Source: a virus
Lineage: Duplodnaviria; Caudoviricetes
Strand: one strand, 5' to 3'
Virus record (IMG/VR): IMGVR_UViG_3300008952_002040
Span: 1-56,542 of that record
Length of the DNA: 56,542 bases
Part shown: one piece after another, positions 26,339-36,117 of the stretch
Numbering within the stretch: position 1 is the stretch's first letter
How the letters are laid out: each line of letters starts with the position of its first letter
The notes under the pieces: model-generated
The model's database searches: none
What the model was told of the DNA's origin: nothing
Seen by the model: only the letters and a program-made list of their open reading frames with translations
Position numbers and translations under genes: made by a program

Positions 26339-28327
26339 CAATGGATCTCCTCTTTTAAATGTTGTTGCTATTACATCTCTAATATATGTTTCGGTTCTCT
26401 TGTCTCCACTATAATTTAACCATTTAAATTTAGATAACACAGATGCATGATTACCTGTCGTTTGCAATATGTCTTTATAAATCTTTATTCTCTTAGGTTC
26501 ATCCATTGGTTCGCTCCACCAATTAGATTTTGCTATTTTAAAATACTCTGGCCAATCATGTTCCATGGTAAATACAAACCCTTTAGTATAATCATAATCA
26601 GGAGTTACTATTAAATCTAGATTAAATTTCATTATACTATATAAGTTTTTTATGTCATAAGTATTTCGCATATATTGTTTTAATTCTTTTCTATATTCTG
26701 CAAAGTTGAGTAATAATAAAATTGTAATATATTCTTCAACATCGTACATAGGTTTTAATGTTGGTACTTCTTTAACTTCATATTCCCAAAACCAATCATT
26801 TTCTAAATCAAATATAAAGTTATTGATATGTTCATTTATTTTTGAATATATAGAATATACTGTGGGATATTTTGGATTCATAAAAAAGTTATTATGAAAA
26901 TCTCTATAAAAATCTTCATATAATATATTGTGTGTGAGCTTTAAATAAATTGAAATGTATCGTGTAAATCCAAATCCATGAAAACTTCTTATCATAGCTG
27001 AAAAATTATATATATCTATATAATCTAATCTACTATATGTAGAAGTAGATATAACAAATTCGCCTGACGAGGTTACCTCTTTTGGATTATCTTTCTTTCG
27101 GCGTCGTTGTTGTGGGTGTCGTTCTATTGTTTCTATCTGCCATTTCTTTTTATAAGCTGGTTCATTGGCTGGTGAATTTGGTAAAATTTGGAAATGAAAT
27201 ACTATAAAGTTTTCTAGTATACCTTCATTCATTACATCAAAAAAGTTTTGTTGCCATCTATCATAATTATCTCCTGGCAATCCCATTATAAAACAAGATT
27301 CAATAGGTATATTGTGATTACCAGTTTCTTTTGCTAACTTAATTAATTCTTGATGAGGAATATTTTTTCTGTCAATGGCTTTTAATACAATATCGGATGT
27401 TGATTGTAAAGGCAGTACACAAGTGGTTAACATCTCAGCGTCTCTAGCAATTTTTAATATTTCTTTTGTATGGTCTAATTTAGTTTTAGTATGTTGTAAA
27501 AAAATTCTTGGTGGATAACCACTCCTTTCTTTAACTTGTGCCATTTTAGATGTTATGTTTATATCTCTGGGAAAAATTCCAAAGTTAGCATTAATAACAT
27601 CTATGAATCCAATGCCAGCTTCTCCAGCAAACTCTATATCTTTATATACTATTTCTAAAGGAATCTTTCTAATTTTTTGTAGAGTAGAACTACCCCAATC
27701 GCAGAATGTACAACCAAATGGACAACCCCTATCACTTTCTAGCATGAGAGCCGTATTGTTTGAGCTGTGACAAAATTTTTTACTATCATGTGCAAGTTCC
27801 ATAAATTCTTCAGCATAATCATGGAAATATGATTTAGTAAACTCTTTTTTTAATATTGGCATACCAGTATCGCCACCATTCTTTAAAACCAATCCAGGAA
27901 TATCCTCAAAATCCATAGTACCTAATACAACTTCTTCAACTATTCTAGGAAAGGAAAACTCACCTTCATGTTTAACAACAATATCTATTTGTGGATTTTT
28001 ATAGAAAAACTCCATGTCTCTGTAATAAGGTTCTGGTCCTCCTACAACGACAAGACAATTCGGGTTTTCTTTTTTTATTTCGGCTGCTAGATTATAATTA
28101 GTTTCCCTGTTCCAGGTATAAACAGAACAAGCAAAAATGTTTAGATTTTTTAAATCATATCTAGATAATTTAATATGGTTCTTCCTATAGTATATCGGTT
28201 TATACCAATTAACTTCATCACCCAAACCAGGAACATCATCGACAGACCCTTTAAGAATTCCATGTATATATGGTAGATATTCAAAAGAAGTATATGAACA
28301 TGGATTACTATATAATATATCAATCAT
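26318..28327 (-). CDS. Cobalamin-binding radical SAM enzyme (669 aa)
   Basis: N-terminal B12-binding-type region (SVYTWN, IKKENPNCLVVVGGPEP, DIVV..EGE..F, IPGL), ESDRGCPFGCTFCDWG (CxxxCxxC), ANFGI, LQS, FIMGLPGD, LPNSP. Confidence 0.9.
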   Translation of the reverse strand: MIDILYSNPCSYTSFEYLPYIHGILKGSVDDVPGLGDEVNWYKPIYYRKNHIKLSRYDLKNLNIFACSVYTWNRETNYNLAAEIKKENPNCLVVVGGPEPYYRDMEFFYKNPQIDIVVKHEGEFSFPRIVEEVVLGTMDFEDIPGLVLKNGGDTGMPILKKEFTKSYFHDYAEEFMELAHDSKKFCHSSNNTALMLESDRGCPFGCTFCDWGSSTLQKIRKIPLEIVYKDIEFAGEAGIGFIDVINANFGIFPRDINITSKMAQVKERSGYPPRIFLQHTKTKLDHTKEILKIARDAEMLTTCVLPLQSTSDIVLKAIDRKNIPHQELIKLAKETGNHNIPIESCFIMGLPGDNYDRWQQNFFDVMNEGILENFIVFHFQILPNSPANEPAYKKKWQIETIERHPQQRRRKKDNPKEVTSSGEFVISTSTYSRLDYIDIYNFSAMIRSFHGFGFTRYISIYLKLTHNILYEDFYRDFHNNFFMNPKYPTVYSIYSKINEHINNFIFDLENDWFWEYEVKEVPTLKPMYDVEEYITILLLLNFAEYRKELKQYMRNTYDIKNLYSIMKFNLDLIVTPDYDYTKGFVFTMEHDWPEYFKIAKSNWWSEPMDEPKRIKIYKDILQTTGNHASVLSKFKWLNYSGDKRTETYIRDVIATTFKRGDPLLFDVFE

Positions 28328-28982
28328 TGATTAGGGCCTCATATTCTTTTTTTAATAACTCTGATTTATTTAAATCTATTTTCTGTAATCTTTTAAGTTG
28401 TTCTAGTTTAGCTTGGTCGTTAGTGCCTTTTATTTTTTCAAATAAATGTAAAGTAAATCGGTTAGCTTTCTGAAAATCTGATGAGAGCCAATCTTTACCA
28501 GTAACGTATGTTCTACATTCAACAAATCCACATTGACAATTTTCAAATTGCAGAACATCATCGTCATGTATAGTACCATAGTCTACAGATAGTTCCTCAT
28601 CCTTTTTAATATCTGTTAGTGTTTTAATACACATTTGTCCACTAACATAGCAATTAGGTTTACAAGTATGATTGATAGTAGCGGCATATTTATCCGTACC
28701 CATTTGTAATAGCATATGCTTAGGGTCAATCTGTCCACCAGTTGCAAAGTTCCATCTTGATTTCACAGCGTTATATTCTTCAACTGTAAGTACTATACCA
28801 CCTGCTAATACAACTGTTTCTCCAGCATCTATATCTTCTGTAGCAAATCTACCATTGCCGGCATTAGGAATTAATGATGGTCTTACTTCTGTTTGTGGTG
28901 ACATCCAAGATAAACCAATTGGATTTTTATCCAACCAATCAATCAATTCGTTTATTCTGGAAATTTTCATATAAGTGTTCAT
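28320..28982 (-). CDS. SET-domain methyltransferase with post-SET cysteines
   Basis: S.IP.AGNG.FA..DI..GE, INHTC.PNC, DIKKDEELSVDYG, CQCGFVECR. Confidence 0.9.
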   Translation of the reverse strand: MNTYMKISRINELIDWLDKNPIGLSWMSPQTEVRPSLIPNAGNGRFATEDIDAGETVVLAGGIVLTVEEYNAVKSRWNFATGGQIDPKHMLLQMGTDKYAATINHTCKPNCYVSGQMCIKTLTDIKKDEELSVDYGTIHDDDVLQFENCQCGFVECRTYVTGKDWLSSDFQKANRFTLHLFEKIKGTNDQAKLEQLKRLQKIDLNKSELLKKEYEALIND

Positions 28983-29928
28983 ACCCTATTGTTAAAGTTT
29001 TCACTTGTTCATCATAATCTGTCCAAAGTTCTTGAACATTTCCCCAATGAGATTGGAATTCGGTTCGCAATTCATGTTCCAGCTGCATCTCTGGTTTTGG
29101 AATATATTCAAATCCAGTATAGTCTGTATACGGTCTTCCCTTACGGCACCAACTTACAATTTTAGGACGTGGTTTTAAATTAGGAAAATGTGGTATACAC
29201 ATTTCATTTTTATTATACTGCATGGCAACATCAGTATGTTCTATATTATTAGCAAATTTAATTGTTTCCCAATCTAAAAATTGACTAATCTTTAACTCCG
29301 GTGTATATTTAAAAAACGACCCAGCACCATTTCTATTTTTATGTCTCAAATATCGTTCTTGACATCTTAATATTTCTGTATCTATATTCCAAGATTTGGT
29401 TGCTATTTTTTTATTTCTATGTAAATCAGCTTCTCCATATCCAATCACAGGAAAACCATCAACTAGTTCCATAGCCCATGGAAGAATACAAAATTGAGGA
29501 GTCCAAGATTGTATTAATGATCCAATATCCCATGCTTCATTTTCTAAAAATTTTCTATAATCTAAATCTAGAATAAGTGGTTCTATATTATATTCTTCAC
29601 ACCACTCTACAGCAAATTTCATATCATGCCAATTCCAAGAATCAGTCAACCTAATAATAACTATTTTAAAAGGCACACCCGATAATCTAAATGATTCTGC
29701 TACTATTTGTGAGTCCATACCTCCACTAAAATAGATAGTGGGTATTTCTCCATTAGCTTCATCATATATAAGTTTTGCTGTTGCTATACATTCTTCACGC
29801 CAAGGTAATGGTTCTCTAGTTAATCTTCCATACCTTACAAAAAATTTATCACTATCCTTTTTACGAAATGAAAATGGAATATCATTATAACCCCATACAA
29901 ATGTATTTCTATAATTCACGAAAGACAT
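28939..29928 (-). CDS. PP-loop (adenine nucleotide alpha-hydrolase / asparagine-synthetase-like) protein
   Basis: IYFSGGMDSQ (SGGxDS PP-loop); HD...A..WC; no glutaminase domain visible. Confidence 0.72.
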   Translation of the reverse strand: MSFVNYRNTFVWGYNDIPFSFRKKDSDKFFVRYGRLTREPLPWREECIATAKLIYDEANGEIPTIYFSGGMDSQIVAESFRLSGVPFKIVIIRLTDSWNWHDMKFAVEWCEEYNIEPLILDLDYRKFLENEAWDIGSLIQSWTPQFCILPWAMELVDGFPVIGYGEADLHRNKKIATKSWNIDTEILRCQERYLRHKNRNGAGSFFKYTPELKISQFLDWETIKFANNIEHTDVAMQYNKNEMCIPHFPNLKPRPKIVSWCRKGRPYTDYTGFEYIPKPEMQLEHELRTEFQSHWGNVQELWTDYDEQVKTLTIGYEHLYENFQNKRID

Positions 29929-30358
29929 AACAATTTACTCCCCAATCGGCCTGTTCAAATTCAGACTCTTTAGTAAATCCAGCTCGAATATATAAAGGTA
30001 GTGCTATATTATTAGGGTAACCCCACACACCATTACCACCCAAATCTTTTGCTGTTTGTATTGTTTGTTCCAATAACAATTTGCCAAAACCTTTACGTCT
30101 ATATTCTGACAAAACATAAAATGATCGGACACGATATAGATTGTTGGGAGTTAAATATACACTGAGAGTACCACAAAGTTTATCGTTTACATAAGCACCA
30201 AAAAAAGTTATATTTAATTCATTTTCAGATAAAGTCCACTTTGCACTTTTATTTTTGTAAACCATTTTGACATATTTTTTATGTTCTCTACCAGGATGTA
30301 ATAATTCCCATAATGGTAATATATCTTCAAATTCTATTGTCCTTATTTTATAATTCAC
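29909..30358 (-). CDS. GNAT-family acetyltransferase
   Basis: FYVLSEYRRKGFGKLLL (acetyl-CoA motif A), ALPLY.RAGF. Start reassigned to GTG 30358 because the track's 30454 start overlaps the divergent radical SAM gene. Confidence 0.85.
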   Translation of the reverse strand: MNYKIRTIEFEDILPLWELLHPGREHKKYVKMVYKNKSAKWTLSENELNITFFGAYVNDKLCGTLSVYLTPNNLYRVRSFYVLSEYRRKGFGKLLLEQTIQTAKDLGGNGVWGYPNNIALPLYIRAGFTKESEFEQADWGVNCYVFREL

Positions 30359-30359
30359 T

Positions 30360-30375
30360 ATATAAATATTTATAT
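30360..30375. promoter_or_regulatory. 16-bp perfect palindrome forming a bidirectional late promoter between divergent genes
   Basis: ATATAAATATTTATAT; TATAAATA on + (30361-30368) is 8 nt from ATG 30377, and TATAAATA on - (30374-30367) is 8 nt from GTG 30358. Confidence 0.78.
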
Positions 30376-30376
30376 T

Positions 30377-31546
30377 ATGAATAAAAGTTATTGTAAAAGG
30401 GCTTTCGACCATATCTATTGTGACAGCAGAGGTAGATATAGGCTTTGTTGTCATGCTTTTCCATTTGAAGATAAACCTATATTTAATTCTACAGTAACAA
30501 CTCCCTTTAAATATTATCTTTCACCAGAAATGGATGAAGTAAGAAAGAAAATGTTAAATGGTGAAGATATTCCCCAATGCGGATTGTGTACTTCCATGGA
30601 AAGTGGAAAAATGCTTCCTGAGCATCTCCGTTGGGTCCCAAAGCATCGAGCGACTAGTTGCATTATTGGTCCAAAAACTAACGAAAATATAATTAGTAAT
30701 GTAGGAATATCCTTTAGAGAGTTTAATAAAATACAAACTGAACCTAGAGATATAGAATTAAAATTAAGAATATTTGGTACTCATTGTAATCTATCTTGTT
30801 ATATGTGTCACCCACAAAATTCTTCAACAAGAAGAAAAGAATTATCATTATTAAAAAATAAGTATTTTGGCTATGACGACATACCCATAAAAAAAGAACA
30901 ATACGATAAAACTATAAAAGACGTTCTTGATAATATAGACAGAGTTTCTTCAATAAAATTTACTGGAGGTGAACCATTTTTATTGCCTAGAATGTGGGAT
31001 TTTTTAGATAAAATTTCCGATGAAGATGCTAGTAAAATTGAAGTTGGTTTTGATACGAATTTAACTTCTATGGACTATACAAAATTTACTTCTGATGTAA
31101 TATTAAAATTTAAAAAGGTTAATCTTGCCGTGTCTTGTGACCATTATGGTGACAAATTAGCTTGGATAAGATACCCAATGGATGTTAAAAAATTTGAATC
31201 TAATTTAAAACTTTATAGAGAGTGGATAAACTTTTTACATTGCACAGCTTCTATATTAAATATAAATGATTATGACGAAATAATAAAATATTATAAAGAT
31301 CATTTTGATTTAAAATTAAAATTTTGTTCAATTGCATATACCCCTTCTTTCTTAGCGCCAAGAAATTCAAATAATAAAAAAGAATTAATAGAACGTTTTA
31401 AAGATAATGAAATTATATTAGCAAAAGAACTTGAAAATGAACCTCATGAATCTGGCCTAGAAAAAATGAAACAATATATATCGGAGCTTAATAAAATTAG
31501 AAAAACAGATATCTCAAAATTATGGCCAGATTTGGACGCTTTATGA
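30377..31546 (+). CDS. Radical SAM protein with N-terminal twitch/SPASM-like Cys cluster
   Basis: N-terminal C..AF.H...G.YRLCC...C..C; core CNLSCYMC.P..SS, FTGGEPF, TNLT, R.P. Confidence 0.9.
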   Translation: MNKSYCKRAFDHIYCDSRGRYRLCCHAFPFEDKPIFNSTVTTPFKYYLSPEMDEVRKKMLNGEDIPQCGLCTSMESGKMLPEHLRWVPKHRATSCIIGPKTNENIISNVGISFREFNKIQTEPRDIELKLRIFGTHCNLSCYMCHPQNSSTRRKELSLLKNKYFGYDDIPIKKEQYDKTIKDVLDNIDRVSSIKFTGGEPFLLPRMWDFLDKISDEDASKIEVGFDTNLTSMDYTKFTSDVILKFKKVNLAVSCDHYGDKLAWIRYPMDVKKFESNLKLYREWINFLHCTASILNINDYDEIIKYYKDHFDLKLKFCSIAYTPSFLAPRNSNNKKELIERFKDNEIILAKELENEPHESGLEKMKQYISELNKIRKTDISKLWPDLDAL

Positions 31547-32523
31547 ATAATGAAAAATTGTATGCTGCACTATCTAGAAATACAATAAATTTAGATATAT
31601 GTGCCAAATGTACTTTGAAGTGTGGTGGTTGTGCTAGAAAACAACATGATAAACACAAAATAAAAGTGCCGGGTGATTATATGTCTATAGAATGTTTTAA
31701 AAAAATTATAGACTTTTTCGTAGGCATCTCTTTCTGTGGTCAAATATCAGATCCAATATTACACCCAAATTTACCTGAATTTTTAAAACTTACTTATGAA
31801 AAAGGAATTCGGGTCCAAGTTCACACTGCTGTTTCTCACAAACCTTTATCTTGGCATAAAAAATGTTATGAAGCAAATCCAAAGGCAAAATGGTGGTTTG
31901 GTATAGATGGTCTTCCAGAAGAAAGCCATAAGTATAGAGTTAATCAAGATGGTATAAAAGAATTTGAAAGAATGAAGTTATGTGCTGAAATGGGATTAAA
32001 AACTACATGGCAATATATAATTTTTAATTATAATGAAAATCATGTAGATGAAGCCAGACAAATGGCTACCGACATTGGTGTTTGGTTTATGGAGTTGCGA
32101 TCCTCAAGATGGAATAAAGAAACTATACATTTAAAACCAAAACAAAAAGATTCTTTTGGAGAAAGAAAAGAAATAAAAAAAATAGATCCAAAGTGCATCG
32201 AAAAACTAGAGAAAAAATCAGGAAGTTTGGATAGAAAGGGGCTGGGTCAGTCAGCAACTGGATATCTTCTTCCATGTTGTTGGAAAGATCCAGCAATTCT
32301 CAGTATTCAAGAAATTCAGGATATAAAGGAGTTATTTCAAGATCATTTAAAAATAGAAAATGTAGATACTATAGAAGAAATTATATTTTCTGATGAATGG
32401 ATAAATTTTTTTAAAGTATTAATATCTGATCCAGAAAATGCTCCCGCTAGTTGCAAAAGATATTGTAGAGATAGGGTGCCTGATAACCAACAACATTTAG
32501 TAACAAATAAAATAGTTAAATGA
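31543..32523 (+). CDS. Radical SAM protein with C-terminal SPASM/twitch-like Cys cluster
   Basis: CTLKCGGC, FCGQISDP..HP, FGIDGL...YR.N, WQYIIF.YNE, C-terminal C...G.LLPCCW...C..YC. Start set at ATG 31543 (ATGA overlap with the upstream stop). Confidence 0.88.
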   Translation: MNNEKLYAALSRNTINLDICAKCTLKCGGCARKQHDKHKIKVPGDYMSIECFKKIIDFFVGISFCGQISDPILHPNLPEFLKLTYEKGIRVQVHTAVSHKPLSWHKKCYEANPKAKWWFGIDGLPEESHKYRVNQDGIKEFERMKLCAEMGLKTTWQYIIFNYNENHVDEARQMATDIGVWFMELRSSRWNKETIHLKPKQKDSFGERKEIKKIDPKCIEKLEKKSGSLDRKGLGQSATGYLLPCCWKDPAILSIQEIQDIKELFQDHLKIENVDTIEEIIFSDEWINFFKVLISDPENAPASCKRYCRDRVPDNQQHLVTNKIVK

Positions 32524-33199
32524 AATATCTATAATCTTTCCAATTATGAGGTTTGTTTTCGGATCGGGTGAAGTGTACCATCTTTATATCTGGATGAAAT
32601 TCTCCTCCCAAATAAACATAATCATTGCCCGTTTGTTTATTATATTTTTTAGTAATATTCGTTTGCCATTCAACACCTTCATCACACCATCTAGTAACCC
32701 AAGAATCTGGAAAGGTAATAAGTTCTAATCTTTTATTTACAAAATCTTCTACAAAATATTGTTCGCCGTTTACTGGCCCTATTGTTGTTCCGTTTTTAAT
32801 ATACCAAGATTGCCAGTGTCTAGGATCCATCATAAAAGCTTTGTAGATATATTTACAATCTTTAGGATAGTATTTAAAGAACCCACCATTAATCTTATAG
32901 TCGCCTTTAAGAGCTCCACCCCACCAACTAGGCATAGCAAGAAACTGACCGTGTTCTATTGGATAGTCAAAGACTTCTTTATAATTATTCACCAAAAGCA
33001 TATCAATGTCCATAACACAAACAGGTTCATCAATATCTAGATTCATGGCCGCCATTTTATTCCATTGATACCATATGTCCTTTTGTATAGGCTCTTTTAT
33101 CCAAACAATTTCATAATCTGTTAATTTACTTTCAAGATAGGTTTCATATTCTGGACCATACTTATTACCTATTCTAACTATTATTATTTTTGTCCGCAT
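32516..33199 (-). CDS. Glycosyltransferase-like protein (GT-A fold)
   Basis: IVRIGNKYGPEY, WNKM, VMDIDM (DxD), INGGF, GEQYF, VHFT...NKP. Start set at ATG 33199 (MRTKII). Confidence 0.75.
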   Translation of the reverse strand: MRTKIIIVRIGNKYGPEYETYLESKLTDYEIVWIKEPIQKDIWYQWNKMAAMNLDIDEPVCVMDIDMLLVNNYKEVFDYPIEHGQFLAMPSWWGGALKGDYKINGGFFKYYPKDCKYIYKAFMMDPRHWQSWYIKNGTTIGPVNGEQYFVEDFVNKRLELITFPDSWVTRWCDEGVEWQTNITKKYNKQTGNDYVYLGGEFHPDIKMVHFTRSENKPHNWKDYRYFI

Positions 33200-33806
33200 A
33201 TTCTTCAAAAGTTTCCAACCCAGGCAAATACTTTTTGCCAGTAAAGCAGCCTCCCAATTTTGGTATTTTATAACCAACATTCTTTTCTATATTTCTTCCC
33301 TTCTCTATAACTATAACATCACATCTATATATTGATAGTGAGTAGATTTCATTAAACTCTTTTGCGGCTTTTAAAATAATATCTTTCTCTTTTATATCTT
33401 CACAAAGATAAACACCTTTTGGACTTAAAAGAGGTAAAATCCATTTCATCGTTTCTATTTGTTGTGATACTTTATGTCCGCCGTCGTCTATAAAAATATC
33501 AACTTTACCTATTATCGAATCTCTAAAAGAACTATCTGTAATATCACCTATAAGTATATCTATTTGACAATCTCCATTCAAAGCTCGACATTCTTCTTCT
33601 TTATCTATTCCGTAAATTTTGCTTTTAGGACCAAAACATGATTTCCACATTTCTAAAGAACCGCCATGGTGTATACCTAATTCCATTACACGAACATTTG
33701 TATCATAAAATTTTTTAAAATGGTCGTGATAAATTTGTAATTTTTCAGCACACTTCCAAGATTTCATACCTTCATGGTTATTAAAAAAATATATAAATCT
33801 ATTCAT
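33174..33806 (-). CDS. Class I SAM-dependent methyltransferase (sugar O-methyltransferase-like)
   Basis: VMELGIHHGGSLEMW..F, IYGID, IGD, DIFIDDGGH...Q, L...GVYLCED. Start set at ATG 33806. Confidence 0.85.
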   Translation of the reverse strand: MNRFIYFFNNHEGMKSWKCAEKLQIYHDHFKKFYDTNVRVMELGIHHGGSLEMWKSCFGPKSKIYGIDKEEECRALNGDCQIDILIGDITDSSFRDSIIGKVDIFIDDGGHKVSQQIETMKWILPLLSPKGVYLCEDIKEKDIILKAAKEFNEIYSLSIYRCDVIVIEKGRNIEKNVGYKIPKLGGCFTGKKYLPGLETFEEYADKNNNS

Positions 33807-34665
33807 CAGGCCAATACATATCAAAACGTTTATTAATCATGTGGTATAATTTAACATCGGGATCTAATTCTTCATCTACATCTAAAACTCTAGCGTGCCA
33901 ATAATAATCTAAAAGAGTAATAGGTACATTATTTTCAACAACTCTATATCCAAAAACAGTTTCATTATCGAAACCAAAGTTCTGTCTTATATCTATAGGA
34001 TACATACTGTATTCATCATCTTGGAGTTCTTTCATGTACTCCATTAAATTTTCAAAGTCATCAAAATAATGTAAGTTTGCTATTGAATTTGTTGTACCAC
34101 CCATGATTGCTGTATTCCATGCTTTAACATCCAAAGTTTCGTATTCTCTATAGGTTAACATAGCATGAGCATTCCAATATTTGGAAATAGGATTTCTATT
34201 ATCATGTGTTTCCATTCTACCAATCATCAAATTGAAACGAGCATCCTCCTTTGAATCTGCTAGACAAACAGAATCTTCCACGTTCCATACATCAAAAAAA
34301 TCTTTAGTGGTATTTGGTATTACATCAAAATCCAAATACAACACCTTCTCATACTTCTTTGCTGTTTCTACAAACAACCAAATCTTATAAAAATTAAGAA
34401 TGTCATAGTGTGACATTGTTGGTTGAAGTTTATGTAACCAATCATAAAACTCTCTATACTCTTTATCATCACGAAACAGAATATAATCTGCTCCGATAGC
34501 TTTAGCATATTCTATCTGAGCAGCTTCTAATTTTTCAGCATACTTCTTTAATTGTAATCTAGTTCTTTCACTTTTATTAATAGTATCCCATGCATAAGGT
34601 TTCTGTTCATCAATCTCATTAGGAGGAATATCTATATAAAGACTATATATTAATTTCTTTTTCAT
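33799..34665 (-). CDS. Glycosyltransferase-like protein (GT-A fold), paralog of 35293..36117
   Basis: IYSLYID.P, Q.EYA..IGADY, NFYKI, VLYLDFDV, WNTAI, DNET, H.INKRF. Confidence 0.75.
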   Translation of the reverse strand: MKKKLIYSLYIDIPPNEIDEQKPYAWDTINKSERTRLQLKKYAEKLEAAQIEYAKAIGADYILFRDDKEYREFYDWLHKLQPTMSHYDILNFYKIWLFVETAKKYEKVLYLDFDVIPNTTKDFFDVWNVEDSVCLADSKEDARFNLMIGRMETHDNRNPISKYWNAHAMLTYREYETLDVKAWNTAIMGGTTNSIANLHYFDDFENLMEYMKELQDDEYSMYPIDIRQNFGFDNETVFGYRVVENNVPITLLDYYWHARVLDVDEELDPDVKLYHMINKRFDMYWPDE

Positions 34666-35296
34666 TTAATTTATTTTCAAAATATTTTTTCCAATAACCA
34701 ACATCTTCTATATACTTTTCATAATCTATATTCATCGGTTCAAAATTACTATGAGGTGTATCGACACTAAAAAATTTATTCAAATAAGTTTCATTTAAAT
34801 CTTCATATTGTAAAATAGTATGTACTTGTTCTTCCAAAATGGTGTTTATAAAGCCTGTCAACCTTTTATAATTATCAATAAAATCTATCACCGAAACATC
34901 ATTAACTATTATTTTAAAATCATCAGGAATAATAATTTCTTTACCCGTGTAGTTGAGAAATGTATTTGTTTGATTCGCATAACAAGAACTTATAAACATA
35001 TCCCAAAGGTTTCTTTTAATAGTTAGTATGTGGTACCCTCTAAAAAATTCTATTAATTTTTCAATAAAATCAGGATCATCTGCTACAAATCGGTCCTTCA
35101 TATTAACTATAATAGAATGATGATTTCCTATACTCTTTTCATTTCTAAGCCAAGTCCACATTTCTTTATCGGTAACACCTAGTTTAGTTACTCGTTTATT
35201 TGGCAAAAAATATTCTCCAATATATACATCTTTATAAGTATAGGTATAAAGATAATGAGATCCCGTTCTGGATTGTGAAAGTATTTGGTAAGTCAT
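34643..35296 (-). CDS. Sulfotransferase-like protein
   Basis: N-terminal SQSRTGSHYL (5'-PSB loop-like), GEYF, I.R.NLWD.FIS (3'-PB-like), YEDL. Confidence 0.62.
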   Translation of the reverse strand: MTYQILSQSRTGSHYLYTYTYKDVYIGEYFLPNKRVTKLGVTDKEMWTWLRNEKSIGNHHSIIVNMKDRFVADDPDFIEKLIEFFRGYHILTIKRNLWDMFISSCYANQTNTFLNYTGKEIIIPDDFKIIVNDVSVIDFIDNYKRLTGFINTILEEQVHTILQYEDLNETYLNKFFSVDTPHSNFEPMNIDYEKYIEDVGYWKKYFENKLNEKEINI

Positions 35297-36117
35297 AATA
35301 CATCTTCAAACCTTTTGTTGATAACATGAATCATACGAGCCTCCGAATTAAGGTCACCTATTCTCTGTTGGTCATATATATGATGCCAACTATCATCCAT
35401 AATGTGAACATTTATATTTTTACTATAGGTTAAGTATGACATTATAGATTCATTGTTTATACTGAAACTTTCTCTAATATCATTCTTTCCATATTTGCCT
35501 AAAGTTCTTTTCCATACCAAATCTTTACACATGGGCACAAAGTATTCTCCAAAATAATCTAACTTATCTACATGATCTCTATTGATAGCTATTATCCCAG
35601 TATTCCATATTTCGGGCCTGAACCCATCAACACCTAATAGTTCCTTTGTAATCACATATTTTGTTATGGGGTGTCTACTGTTGGGAAGAAAATGTAATTT
35701 CTTTTCCTCAAATTCTTTAAGATAATGGAATTTTTGTGGCGCTAAACATATACCGTTAGATAAATCAAACTCCTCAAAAATATTTTCATCCGTATTTATT
35801 ACAACATCAGAATCTAGATATAGTATTTCGTCGTAATCATATTTAAGTTTATCTAAACATAGTATTTTAAAATTATTAATTGTTTGGTAATGAGTTACTT
35901 CTGGATCTATATTTTTTAATTTTTGATAAAGTTCGTTAAACCACGGAGCATCATGGTTAATTATAACATAGTTAGCATCACACTTCCATGCATAGTCTTC
36001 CTGATTACGCCATATAATATCATGGCACTCTTTAATTTTATCAAAATTGCCAGCAGCATATAATTCATCATCATATTCAGGCAAATCAATATAAACTGAA
36101 AACACAACCCGTTTCAT
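35293..36117 (-). CDS. Glycosyltransferase-like protein (GT-A fold)
   Basis: VFSVYIDLP, Q.DYA..C.ANY, NNFKI, ILYLDSDV, WNTGI, NNES, HVINKRF. Confidence 0.75.
   Translation of the reverse strand: MKRVVFSVYIDLPEYDDELYAAGNFDKIKECHDIIWRNQEDYAWKCDANYVIINHDAPWFNELYQKLKNIDPEVTHYQTINNFKILCLDKLKYDYDEILYLDSDVVINTDENIFEEFDLSNGICLAPQKFHYLKEFEEKKLHFLPNSRHPITKYVITKELLGVDGFRPEIWNTGIIAINRDHVDKLDYFGEYFVPMCKDLVWKRTLGKYGKNDIRESFSINNESIMSYLTYSKNINVHIMDDSWHHIYDQQRIGDLNSEARMIHVINKRFEDVL

Noticed and set aside
26186-29928. Lasso-peptide cluster (PP-loop protein as cyclase, 50-aa ORF as precursor)
   Set aside because: No leader peptidase or RRE gene, and the peptide lacks a convincing Thr(-2) and Asp/Glu ring acceptor at positions 7-9.
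30359-30454. ORF-track N-terminal extension of the GNAT gene
   Set aside because: It overlaps the divergent radical SAM gene and spans the palindromic promoter; GTG 30358 is more plausible.
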